Source: Vitrella brassicaformis CCMP3155
Taxonomy: Eukaryota > Protista > Chromerida
Assembly (NCBI GenBank): GCA_001179505.1
Contig: CDMY01000787.1
Coordinates: 1-20,281, forward strand
Direction of reading: 5' to 3'
DNA: 20,281 nt
Shown here: positions 10,103 to 19,633 of the stretch, one piece after another
Layout of the letters: every line of letters begins with the position of its first letter
Numbering within the stretch: the stretch's first letter is position 1
Position numbers and translations under genes: made by a program
Notes under the pieces: generated by a model
What the model saw: the letters and a program-made list of their open reading frames with translations, nothing else
What the model was told of the DNA's origin: nothing
The model's database searches: none

Positions 10103-11941
10103 GAGGCCATGTGTGTGTGCGGTGTATGTGTGTGTGAGTCTGTTGTGTGTGTGTGTGCTGCACAGGTCTAGAGTGGAAGAACGCGGGCAGATGGCGGCCG
10201 CAGATGGACGACCTCAGCCACGGCAACGCGCCTTATAACCCTTTCCTACAGGCAAGACAACCACAAGAGAACCACCGCAGCAGCCACAGTGCTCCCTCCT
10301 ACCATGCCTTTCGTGTGCGTGATATGCATACAGATAGCGATAAGCGGTCTGGTGTGGGTGCTGGTGGTGCTGTTGGAGCTGGTCGGGCAGCGGCTGCTGT
10401 CGGTGATCGTGCCCAACCCCCTTGACATGCTAGTGGACCTCTGCGCCCTCTCCAACACATCGCTGCTCATACTCAACGAGCCACAGCATGGCTGGTACAC
10501 ACACACACATACAAAGAGGGAGGGAGGGACGGAGGGAGAGGGGGAGACACCGTGGGTATCTCTGCATCTCTGTCGTCTGCCTGTGTCTGTCTGTGGCTGC
10601 TCTCACACATAAACACATCAGGTACATCCACGGCGCCGCCCCCGGCGGCATCAGCGACGTCCCCACAGCCGACCTGCTGGTGTTTCTCAAGCAGGAGGGC
10701 GGCGGCCTGCTGCTGAAGCGGGGCCTGGTGCCCGACGACGCCCACCGCGCCACCCTCCAGACCTTCGAGGTCTTCCTCACTGTAGAGTTCAAGCGCTCTT
10801 TCTACTCGGTAGGGTAAAGCCCCCCCCCCCCCNNNNNNNNNNNNNNNNNNNNNNNNNNNNNNNNNNNNNNNNNNNNNNNNNNNNNNNNNNNNNNNNNNNN
10901 NNNNNNNNNNNNNNNNNNNNNNNNNNNNNNNNNNNNNNNNNNNNNNNNNNNNNNNNNNNNNNNNNNNNNNNNNNNNNNNNNNNNNNNNNNNNNNNNNNNN
11001 NNNNNNNNNNNNNNNNNNNNNNNNNNNNNNNNNNNNNNNNNNNNNNNNNNNNNNNNNNNNNNNNNNNNNNNNNNNNNNNNNNNNNNNNNNNNNNNNNNNN
11101 NNNNNNNNNNNNNNNNNNNNNNNNNNNNNNNNCCCCCCCCCCCCACACACACAACACAATTCGTTCTATTGTGTCAGGTGAGCGGCACTCTCTTCTCCCA
11201 TCGGCAGCGGCAGAAGCAGCAGAAGAAGTCGCCAGGGGCATCAGCAGCAGCGGCAGCGGCAGGAGCGTCCTCCCCCTCCCTCCCAGCCACAGAGGCCCCC
11301 CGCGCGAGAGCGTCGTCCATCCACGGGGGTGCGCCACTGGACCGTCTTTTGGCGGCGGACGACCCGGTGCGTCAGGAGCAGTGCCGGCAGGCGCTGCAGG
11401 GTTTGGTGGGGGAGACGATCGAGGATGTGGTGAACCAGCGGCTGACACAGATCCTCAAGATGACGGGCGTGCAGAAGATATGGAAACCGGCGCCAGACGT
11501 ACGTACGTTTGGATGAGTGGGTGGATGGCACACATGCTCTCTCTCTGTGTGCGTGTCTGTGTGTCTGTGTGTCTGTGTGTGTATGCAGATGCGTGTGTTC
11601 AGCATGCCCCTGTTCTACGAAGATCGGGGCGGCCGTGGGTGGACGTCCGTCCTGCTGGCGGGAGGCGAGGGTGTCTTTGTGGCGACGCAGATCCTGCAGT
11701 TCTGGGTGGTCTTCCGCTACGGCCAGTCGCCCTTCGTGGCCGCCGTGTGCAGCTACATCCTCGACCGCGTCCTCAGGTGGCTGCGGCGGTTCCTGGGCGC
11801 CAAGAACATGGTAATGAGAGAAGAAAGACGGTGTGTGTTAGTGTGTGAAGGATACGATACGTGTGTGCGTGTGGGTGGGCGTGGGTGTGGTGTGGGTTTC
11901 AGGCGTTCAAGTGCCTCCCTGATGACCGGTTCTTGCTGTAG
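6534..11941 (+). CDS. TMEM67: Meckelin (TMEM67/MKS3), ciliary transition-zone membrane protein
   Basis: Signal peptide and Cys-rich CxxC/CxC ectodomain. Meckelin-like motifs CHCLAHLCALQLY, LPWVYY, FWLARYSLEGEWLGW, LVRRFFVCEAVTG, FFYKLQ|EEPYVLLP, SAWRSLFVLNELNERQT, GWYIHG, RGLVPD..QTFEVF, LFYED..WTSVLLAGGE, RWLRRFLGAKNM. Terminal exon 11903-11941 AFKCLPDDRFLL* resembles the family ending KTLVDERFLI. Confidence 0.93.
9121..9420. other. Assembly gap (300 N) inside a meckelin intron
   Basis: N run flanked by G-rich sequence. The flanking exons join in frame (YKLQ|EEPY). Confidence 0.97.
10046..10165 (+). repeat. Intronic compound microsatellite (CACT)n-(CA)n-(GA)n-(TG)n, representative of many introns in the window
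   Basis: Read directly. The intron runs GTGCC...CACAG between exons LFFLEG and LEWKNAG. Confidence 0.9.
10833..11131. other. Assembly gap (299 N) inside a meckelin intron
   Basis: N run flanked by poly-C on both sides. The flanking exons join in frame (RSFYS|VSGT). Confidence 0.97.
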
Positions 11942-12210
11942 GGGAGGGAGGGAGGGGAGGGGAGCGTTAGATGGTCTGGTTGGTGCGTCCACACGCGTGT
12001 TCATAACAATCAATCGTGTCTGTCTGTCCATCGTGTGTGTGTGTATACGTATCGTTGAGTGTATAGACCCTGTCCGTCCATGCGTTGGGTTCATGTACAC
12101 AAACAAATGTCCGCATACTCACTCACTGGCCACCCACCAATCATGTCATGAACCAACCTCCCTTAGTCGGATCGACAGACAGACAGTAAACCGGTCACTC
12201 ATCGGATTAA

Positions 12211-13996
12211 TCAATCAGTCAAATCAATGCACTCCTGCCCTGCAGCATCGGCACTTTGACCACTTGCCGATGGCCCGCCACCACCACCGCCAGCAGCAAC
12301 AGCAGCGGCACCGCCACCAGCCGTCGGTCTCAGCTGCACGACGAGTGGGCAGTGGTCGCTGCCCATGAAGCCCTCCATTCCGCCCCTCGCCGTCCCCTTG
12401 CCCGTGATGCGCACACTCTCCACCCGACCCATAAGTGATTCCGACACCAACTGCAGCCAGCCACCACACGCACACACATGGACAACGGCTCGGTGTGCGA
12501 ATGTGTGTGTGTGTGTGTGTGTGTTCGTACGATGTGGTCGATCCTCATGCCCTTGTTGGCGTATTTGCCCCACCCCCGCCACGAGAAGCACGGCGACTCC
12601 GCAGACGGGGCGCCGCGCGGGTGCATCTGCCGATAGGCGTCCACCTGACACACACCACCCCACCCCTCGCCCATCCATGCCATGCGGCCACCCATTCGTG
12701 TCGTGTGTGTAGTTGCCGTCATTCGCTCACGAGGCTGCCGGCCTTGAGGATCTCCCGGAAGTCCGCCCGTTCGCCGTCGGTGCAGCCCGGCTGACCCACA
12801 TACTTCGGCGGCGGCCTGGCCGGCCCCTCTGTCTGCTGCCGAAACCACCTCTCGTCACCAGGGGACAGATCGAGATCAGTGGCCGCACAGTTGAGGTCGC
12901 CTGCGATGATGAGGGGCTTGCCGCTGCTGGTGGGAGGGGCGTCGCTGCTGCTGGCCTCTCCTGCTGACGTGCTGTCAGTGGTGAAGTGCTTGACGAACTG
13001 CTGGACGTCCGTGTCGAACCGGTGCCGCCGTGAGAACTTCTCCGTCTGCCAACCTGACACACCAAACCAAACCTGGATGGATGGACGGTTGACGCCTTCT
13101 TGTGGCGCGGGTACCGTTGTTCGGCGTATACCTGATGGGACACACACAGGCAGGCAGGCAGGCAGACACAGACACGATATAAGGTGGCTCATGTGTGTGA
13201 GCGTAGCTGTTTTCCGACTGACATACACACATGTTCATGACGGCGAAGCTCTCGAACTCCGCCAGGATGACGCGGCCCTCCTCGTGGTGCACTGACTGCA
13301 GCTTGTCCGGCAACAACAGGCTGTACCGCACAGACCGCACGTGGATGTCCTTCCTTGCCATCATCAAACAGCCTGCACCACCACCACACACCACACACCA
13401 CACGCACATCCATCCATCCATCCATTCATTCAAGGCTTTTCCATGCCTGCATATCGCCAGTCGGCAAGTGACCAAAAGAGGCTGTAGGAGGACAGCACCG
13501 GGCTGCTCTTGAAGGCTCTGTTGACCCGGTCGGCGTCCTCTCGGGTGGATGCGTCGTTGTCCCGCAGCTGGCCTCGGTCCCGTGGCCGCCCATCGCCCTT
13601 CTTGGCACCTGCATGCATCGGCACAGGGGACACCCGGCCGACCTCTCACCAATTGCCGCATTGTGCGAATCTCTTCTGGTCTTGCACGCCCACCTGGGGG
13701 AGCCGCGGCGCAGAGTTTGATCTCTTGCAGACACACGACATCCTGCAGCAAAGCGGCACACACACACACAGGGCAGGATACACACATGTTCAGATCTCTT
13801 GAAAGCTTCTCTGTTTGGCACATGTGGACGATACCGGCTTCTCTGTTTCCATGAAGCTCTCGAAATCCTTCCACTGCTTGTGGTCCTTGATGCGTGTGGT
13901 GAGGCCGTTGACGTTCCACGTCACGATCTTCAGCGGATCTGACCGCTTGACCCTCTTCTCTGCTGCCGCCGAGGCTGCCTCGGGTAGACGCTTCAT
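12211..13996 (-). CDS. Exonuclease III / AP endonuclease (EEP fold), APE1L-type
   Basis: Spliced motifs IVTWNVNG, DVVCLQEIK, FWSLADWRYAG, EGRVILAEFESF, YTPNNGW, LIIAGDLN, GQPGCTDGER, VDAYRQMH, GKYANKGMRIDH, EGFMGSDHCP. These closely parallel Arabidopsis APE1L motifs as recalled (WWSLADSKYAG, DGRVILAEFETF, YSPNNGW, GQPGFTPSER, EGFHGSDHCP). ATG 13996, stop 12213-12211. Confidence 0.94.
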
Positions 13997-14224
13997 GTTG
14001 ATTGCTGAGGTCACGACCAAAACAGCGAGGATGCAAGAGGATGCAAAGGGAGGGGAGTCGGGAGGCAGTGGATGGACTTCTGTGTCCTTCTCTTCTCTGG
14101 TGGGCCCGCCGTCGAGAATTCGGTCGAGACGAGACGGCGATGATTTTTCATTTTTTTCGCAGAAAGTCCCGCCTCAGGCGAGGGAAGAAAAACGTGGCGA
14201 GCACGCCCACGTGTGATGACCTGT

Positions 14225-14361
14225 CCGTCGTGTGATGACCTGGCTGCGAGTCGGGCCTTGGTCCGCGCCCCCTCTCGTTAATTGGCGTGACTGCGTACCT
14301 ACCTTCGTGGCTGGTGCAGCCGCGAGGACTACCTCCAGAGGGGGTCAACTGAGGACGACGG
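14225..14361 (+). ncRNA. Candidate C/D box snoRNA
   Basis: Box C GTGATGA 14232-14238, box D CTGA 14349-14352, and a 7-bp terminal stem CCGTCGT (14225-14231) / ACGACGG (14355-14361). No guide target identified. Confidence 0.3.
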
Positions 14362-14377
14362 GTGCCCGTACAGCTGA

Positions 14378-15596
14378 ATGGTACGTACAAGGGAGAGGTC
14401 GCGCATCTGTCATCTGTCTTGTGTGCTTTGCAATCAGCGCCGACCAGCGTTCGACGTTGCATCCGCGGAGCAGGCGTCACCGACACCGACAGCCTCACCG
14501 ACAGGTGACCGGTATCGGGTCGGCTTACTCCCCTTTTCTGCTGCTGTCCGCCAGCAGGCGCGCGTCTGCTGCCTTCTGGCGGGAGTTTGTCCAGGCGTTT
14601 GTCCACGTGGTTCTTCCGTCGTGTGGTGGACACCCGCAGGTCCATCGGGGCGTGCCAGTGCGCGGCCGTCTGCATGACGTACGGGGTGGTAACAGTCGCG
14701 GGTGGCGGCTCTCGGGCTTTTCTGCCTGGGGATCTTGGACATCAAGCTCTGGACCAGTCCGTCCGCCGCGCCCTTCTCGCTGAATGCGACAGTGCCTGGT
14801 AGGCAAGCAAGCAAGCAAGCAAGCAAGCAAGGAAGCAAGGGAGGAAAAGACCTTGACAGCCTCATCGACAGCCTCACAACGACCACTTCCTCTATCTCCC
14901 CTTTGCTGCTGGCAGGGAAATACTTTGCCGTGAGCTTTTTCGGCACAAATCAAAAATTGCATCTTCTCGACCCACCTGAGGACCTAGACGAGGAAGGCAA
15001 ACGCCTCATTGCAAACGAGATAGCCCGGGAGCGGGGTGAGGAGCTTCGCCAAGTGTGGAAAACTCGACTCGAGATCAGTCCCGGAACAATCACCATCAAG
15101 CTCGACGAATACCACAGCAAAAGGGCAACACAGGAGGAGATAGCCTCAGGAGCTAGACCAGCAACACGTTCTCACTGAATCGGACGTATTCTCAAGTATC
15201 GGTCTTGTGTCAACAAATCAGACTTGTTGTGTTTGCCTAATGGACACGCCAATCGATTGAATGCACCATATGTGTGTCTCTCTTTCCATTCATGTAAGAC
15301 AGAGACAGAGAAAGGGGAAAGTCAGGAGGCAGAGCACTTTTGGCAGGATGCCTTGAATGGGACACACAACACTCGCGTTAGTGGGCTGCTTGACAGTCTA
15401 TCTGTTCACATTCAGTATCTCTACTATACGACCGCGTAAGGAAGAGGGAGAGGGAGAGAGAGAGAGAAAGCCCAGACATGAAGAGAAGCGTGCTGATGCT
15501 GCGCTGTCCGTCTGTCTGTCTATCAGGCACCGTGAGAAGGAGCTGGAAATGCATGGTGCTAAGTTACGTGTTTTGTGGCGATCTCCTGGCTCGTGA
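14378..15596 (+). CDS. Uncharacterised spliced gene (exon structure uncertain; may be two genes or degenerate)
   Basis: Plus-strand introns with a typical signature (14381-14437, about 14798-14913, about 15437-15526). In-phase 3' join ...HIQYLYYTTA|HREKELEMHGAKLRVLWRSPGS*. Protein-like exon ...EEGKRLIANEIARERGEELRQVWKTRLE.... A continuous frame could not be rebuilt with confidence. Confidence 0.4.
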
Positions 15597-15728
15597 TGTG
15601 TGTGTGGATGGATGGATGGATGGATGAGTGAGTGAGTGAGTGATTGGGAGAGGAAAGAGGGATCGCTGTCCACATTTTATATTCGACGAGCCTCATTGCG
15701 ATGTGATATCCATGCGCTGTTTGACACT

Positions 15729-16598
15729 TCAGTCAGTCGCTAGCTGGACGAGACGTGTTTTTGAATATGCCTCTCGCAACACACACAGACGTGTCACCAA
15801 TCTCACCTCAAAATACAGGGGATCAGTCCAGACAGCGACCGAGTGGAAGAGCCATGCAACTGGGTCATGGACTGGGGGATGGACAGGGAGACAGACAGAC
15901 AGACAGAAAGGACAAACAGACACGGGCTGCCCATGGCTGCCTACGTTTTTTATCTGTGTGCGTCTGCTTGGATGACTGAGCGACAAACATCATTACATGG
16001 TATCAAATGCGTCTATATATATGCAGTCAGCCGCCTCCTCTTTGACTCCGATCCACGCATCCATCCAGCCAGCCAGCCAGCCAGCCACGCACCCTCATAA
16101 ATGCACACAGACCTCAACCAAGTCGCCGACCACACCGAAAACCCACTCATGCATCGCATCAAACCACTGTGTATCCACTCGGTGTGCATCCGCACCTCAA
16201 TGATGTCTGTCGGCTTACGGCCCCTCATATTCCAGCCCATACCGCCCCACACAACGCGCCTGGCCCCACAGAGAGGCCTGCCAGACACACACAAGGACAT
16301 GACGGGTCTATGAATGAGAAGCAGCTCATGGGGCCGTCTTCGAATTCGCGCACCTGCTTCAAAAAGTCGCCCCAGGTGATGCCCTTCGACTGACACACAC
16401 ACACACACACACACATGCACTCACACGAATCTACCAGCATCGATCGATGGGCTGACCTTGTCGGAGGCCGTGACGGCGGGTGTGAGCAGGGTCGTCTGGT
16501 AGCCTCCGGACTCACCCGTCCTGTACTCGTGCACGCACTTCTCAAACACCTCTGCAGGCACACACGCAGCCCATCAGTCCGGGCCGGGGCCGGCCCAG

Positions 16599-16629
<31 letters not shown>

Positions 16630-16856
16630 AGAACAGGCGTACGAGTGGTGACAATGATGGACTCGTAGGGATACACGACATCGTCCTTGCGCTTCTCGTG
16701 CCGCTCCTTTCCTCGGGGCTCATGAGCATCTGATTCAGTCTCCTCGTGCCACTCAGGTTCCTGGATACCGCTCAGGTTGATGCTCCTCGGCTCATTCGGC
16801 CGCTTGGCCTTCTTGACCTCCTTGAGCACCTCCTGCGGCTTCTTCTCGTGGTCCAT
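15729..16856 (-). CDS. Uncharacterised spliced gene; 3' end uncertain
   Basis: ATG 16856, MDHEKKPQEVLKEVKKAKRPNEP...DDVVYPYESIIVTT|QVFEKCVHEYRTG...SDK|SKGITWGDFLKQ|ASLWGQARCVGRYGLEYEG..., with (TG)n-CAG acceptors on the minus strand. Downstream exons are ambiguous. Confidence 0.5.
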
Positions 16857-17152
16857 CGGGCTGTCCTTCTGCCGGGGCACCGCACCTCATTTGTGTATGC
16901 GGCTATGCTGCAGAGCTCATTGTGGCTGATCTGGATTTGTGTGCAGCAGAGCGACTGATGTAGACCAATGCCCTGGCAGAATGGCAACGCAGATCTTCGA
17001 CCTCAAGGAAGCTTTGAGCTCGCAGATCTGACCTTCCCCTTCGCGGTTACGAAACGACAGGTGAGCCTGCAGAAGTGTATTGATTCATCTTCAGACGTGG
17101 CCGTTTGCATGTCTTGTATTGTCTGTCTTGTCACCCACATCGGGCTGCTTCG

Positions 17153-18225
17153 ATGAGTCCCGCCCCTCCAAAAGGGTGGCCAGAGTGTGTGGGTGGGAAC
17201 CCAGATAGTCCGTCCTTCTGCCTCAGCTGCTCCGGCCTCATTACCTTTTTCATCGGCTTCGGTGTGCTGACCATCTATCCCCTCATCGCCTCCAAGTGGC
17301 GGATTGGCGGCGGCACCGCATCGCCCACCTATGTGCACACGGAAGTGGAGCAGAACATGGGCCTTAAGTTCTACACTCTCTGGGTGGAGCTGCCCCACTA
17401 CTGCCACCATAACCAGACCGACTGCCTGATAACGGGAGATGTGAGGTGCCACCAAGGAAAAGTGAAAGCGCCGCTCTTCGGGGAACTTGCCTTTGAGAAG
17501 TGCGGGCGGGAAGAAAGCTATCGGACGACCTTGCCCCATGCGGTGTGGTGTAGATGCTGGCCGAGTTATGGTTTCTTGCGCGACAAGGCGGCCGAACGTG
17601 GAGACAAGCGCATGGAGAAAATGTGGAATGATGCCAAGTGGTCCGGCATTGCTATCTCCTGCGCGGCAGGCATGGCCTTCGTGCTGGCCGCCGCGGCACT
17701 CGTCTTCCATTGCTCGAAACCCACAAATGTGTGGTTAAGTGCTCTCAGCGTCTTGCAGCTGACTGCAGGTGTGGTTGCGATGATGGTCGTGTGGTTCAGC
17801 GTCTGGCGAAACGGGACGCGGTCTCTCCGGTGAGGCATCGACAGACAGACAGACAGACAGACAGACCTCACGATGATGTGTGGGTGGTGGCATGCAGGTG
17901 CTTCGGAGACGATGACATGCACGGCGGGGGCTGCCAGCTCCATCACGTCTGGAACTTTTCCATCTTCGTTTTCTGCGTCCTCGCCGTTGGTGTGGTGTGC
18001 TCGTGGGCCGGGACGGGTGCTCTGGTATACGAGCGGCACGAGGCAGCCAAGCGCTCAAGGGCCGTAGGTCAGCAACAGCCGCCGGCAGTGACAGTGACTG
18101 TGGCATCGACACAGCCTCAGCCCAATCCCCAGCCGCCAGCTGTTGCAGTGGTCGCCGCGCTGCCCGCCCCCCTCCCAGCTATCGTGGGCAATGCTATAAG
18201 GGACTCGACCGGCGGGGACTGGTAA
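17153..18225 (+). CDS. Four-TM protein with claudin/PMP22/amastin/SUR7-like topology
   Basis: Two exons (intron 17830-17897, GTGAGG...GCAG). TM1 ends ...YPLIASKWR, then a large Cys-rich loop with an NQT sequon, TM2, TM3, a short loop with NGT and a Cys pair, TM4, and a Pro/Gln/Ala tail ending GGDW*. Confidence 0.72.
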
Positions 18226-18909
18226 TACGTGGCCTTGCAAGGCAGTGTATTATAGACGTCGCAAGGATCGCTGTTGTCATTCGTTAGGCAGCTGAACGGA
18301 CTGCACTCACTTCACATGTGCCTGATGTCATGCCTGCCTGCCTGCCTGCCTGTGTTTCTCTCTATCTGTCTGTCTGTGTGGTTGGTATGTGTGTAGTTGG
18401 TATGTTTGTATCGTCGCTTTTATCTATCTATATGGGTTTTGTGTTTGTGTGTGTCTGTGTGTGGCGAGGCGGGGTGGTTGCCGGCATGCCGGCAGGCACC
18501 GGCAGGCAGGCGGGTAACGAATGACTGTCCGATGTCATGTGTCTGTAAGCGGAGAGACAAAATGCGACGGCTTGATTCTGGATGTCGGCCTTCCTGCCTG
18601 TAGAATGGCGAGTGGAGATGTTGTGTGTGGGTGTGTTGTGTTGCGGGTCCCTTCATCGGCTTGCCCATGTCGCGAGCAATACGATGCATACTGCCACACC
18701 GTGTGTGTGCGCGAGTAATGCGACGCTCATGGAGCATCAGTGACCGAGCACAACAGCAAGTCTCAGATAGATAGATAGATAGATGCATTCAGTCAGAAGG
18801 ACCAGTAGGGAGAGTCTATACACACACAGAACGACAAACCAACAACAGCAGCAAACCAAACGCGGCGGCTTTGCTGTCGTCAGTTACCACCTCACTCACA
18901 GTCAGTCAG

Positions 18910-19461
18910 TCAGTCGGCTTCATGGCCGCCCAGGAAGTGCTCAAACACGGCCGATCCGATGCCAAAGGCAGCACACCCTCCGAGCATCGCCCCCGGACCA
19001 GACTTATACGCCAGGGCCGCCCCTGTGGCACATCCCGCATACACAGAGTTGTTGATGTCGTGGGCTGCCCGCCCCTTCTCGATGAAGCACTCCACCAGGG
19101 AGAAGATGAACCCAATCTTCGCAAACGACTTGGCCGACTGCACCACCTCTGGAATGAACCCCTTGTAGGACTGCTTGATCTGCTGCCACATGGGGAGCGT
19201 CGTGTCGATGTCAACAGGCCTCATTGTGAAGAAGAAACCGCCGAACAGCAACCCCAGTCCGCCGCCCGCAATACCCATGAGGCAAGAGCGTGACAGGCAC
19301 CCCTCAGTGAAGAACTGCTGCACCTTCAGAGGGTTGATGGGCGGGATCTCGTCGCCGAAGGGGTTCTTGATGAGCCGCAGGGACGTGTAGCGGTCAGAAA
19401 GGAGGACGTCCATGAAGGAAGAGAGAGGACGAGCGGCGGCTTGAGCAGACTGAGGCTCCAT
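18910..19461 (-). CDS. TIM22: Mitochondrial inner membrane translocase subunit Tim22 (Tim17/22/23 family), intronless
   Basis: FTEGCLSRSCLMGIAGGGLGLLFGGFF, SAKSFAKIGFIFSLVECFIEKGRAAHDINNSVYAGCATGAALA, and GPGAMLGGCAAFG. The two Cys positions typical of Tim22 (EGC, VEC) are present. The start could be 19461, 19413 or an upstream in-frame ATG at 19587. Confidence 0.9.
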   Translation of the reverse strand: MEPQSAQAAARPLSSFMDVLLSDRYTSLRLIKNPFGDEIPPINPLKVQQFFTEGCLSRSCLMGIAGGGLGLLFGGFFFTMRPVDIDTTLPMWQQIKQSYKGFIPEVVQSAKSFAKIGFIFSLVECFIEKGRAAHDINNSVYAGCATGAALAYKSGPGAMLGGCAAFGIGSAVFEHFLGGHEAD

Positions 19462-19553
19462 CGGCCAATCAACCTTGCAGATCTGAAGATGCCCAGTCGC
19501 GATGGAAGGGATGGATGCGGCAGACGTCCTGCGACTCCTGCTTTCAACGCGCC

Positions 19554-19633
19554 GGCCCCATGGCCGAGTGGTTCGCCACGGAGTCATGTGAGCCGGTCAC
19601 CATGGGTTCAATTCCTCCAGTGGACCCATGGTG
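19554..19633 (+). pseudogene. Degenerate tRNA-like sequence / Pol III type-2 promoter (A box + B box)
   Basis: A box TGGCCGAGTGG 19561-19571 and B box GGTTCAATTCC 19605-19615. T8-to-T54 equivalent spacing is 46 nt, as in tRNA. Acceptor, D and anticodon stems pair poorly. Confidence 0.5.

Noticed and set aside
8568-11448. ORFs running through the N blocks
   Set aside because: Artefacts of translating assembly gaps. Meckelin exons join in frame without them.
14049-14150. Upstream ATG ORF (MKNHRR...) 5' of the AP endonuclease on the minus strand
   Set aside because: It stops before the main ATG and has no conserved features; it cannot be supported as a regulatory uORF without the transcription start.
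16200-16300. RRVVWGGMGWNMRG reading resembling Tc1/mariner transposase VWG motifs
   Set aside because: No DDE triad or terminal inverted repeats were found, and another frame splices consistently with its neighbours.
19554-19633. Functional tRNA (Met-CAT, Thr-TGT or Sec-TCA) call
   Set aside because: Anticodon, D and acceptor stems do not pair and the U33 equivalent is not conserved; kept only as a degenerate tRNA-like element.
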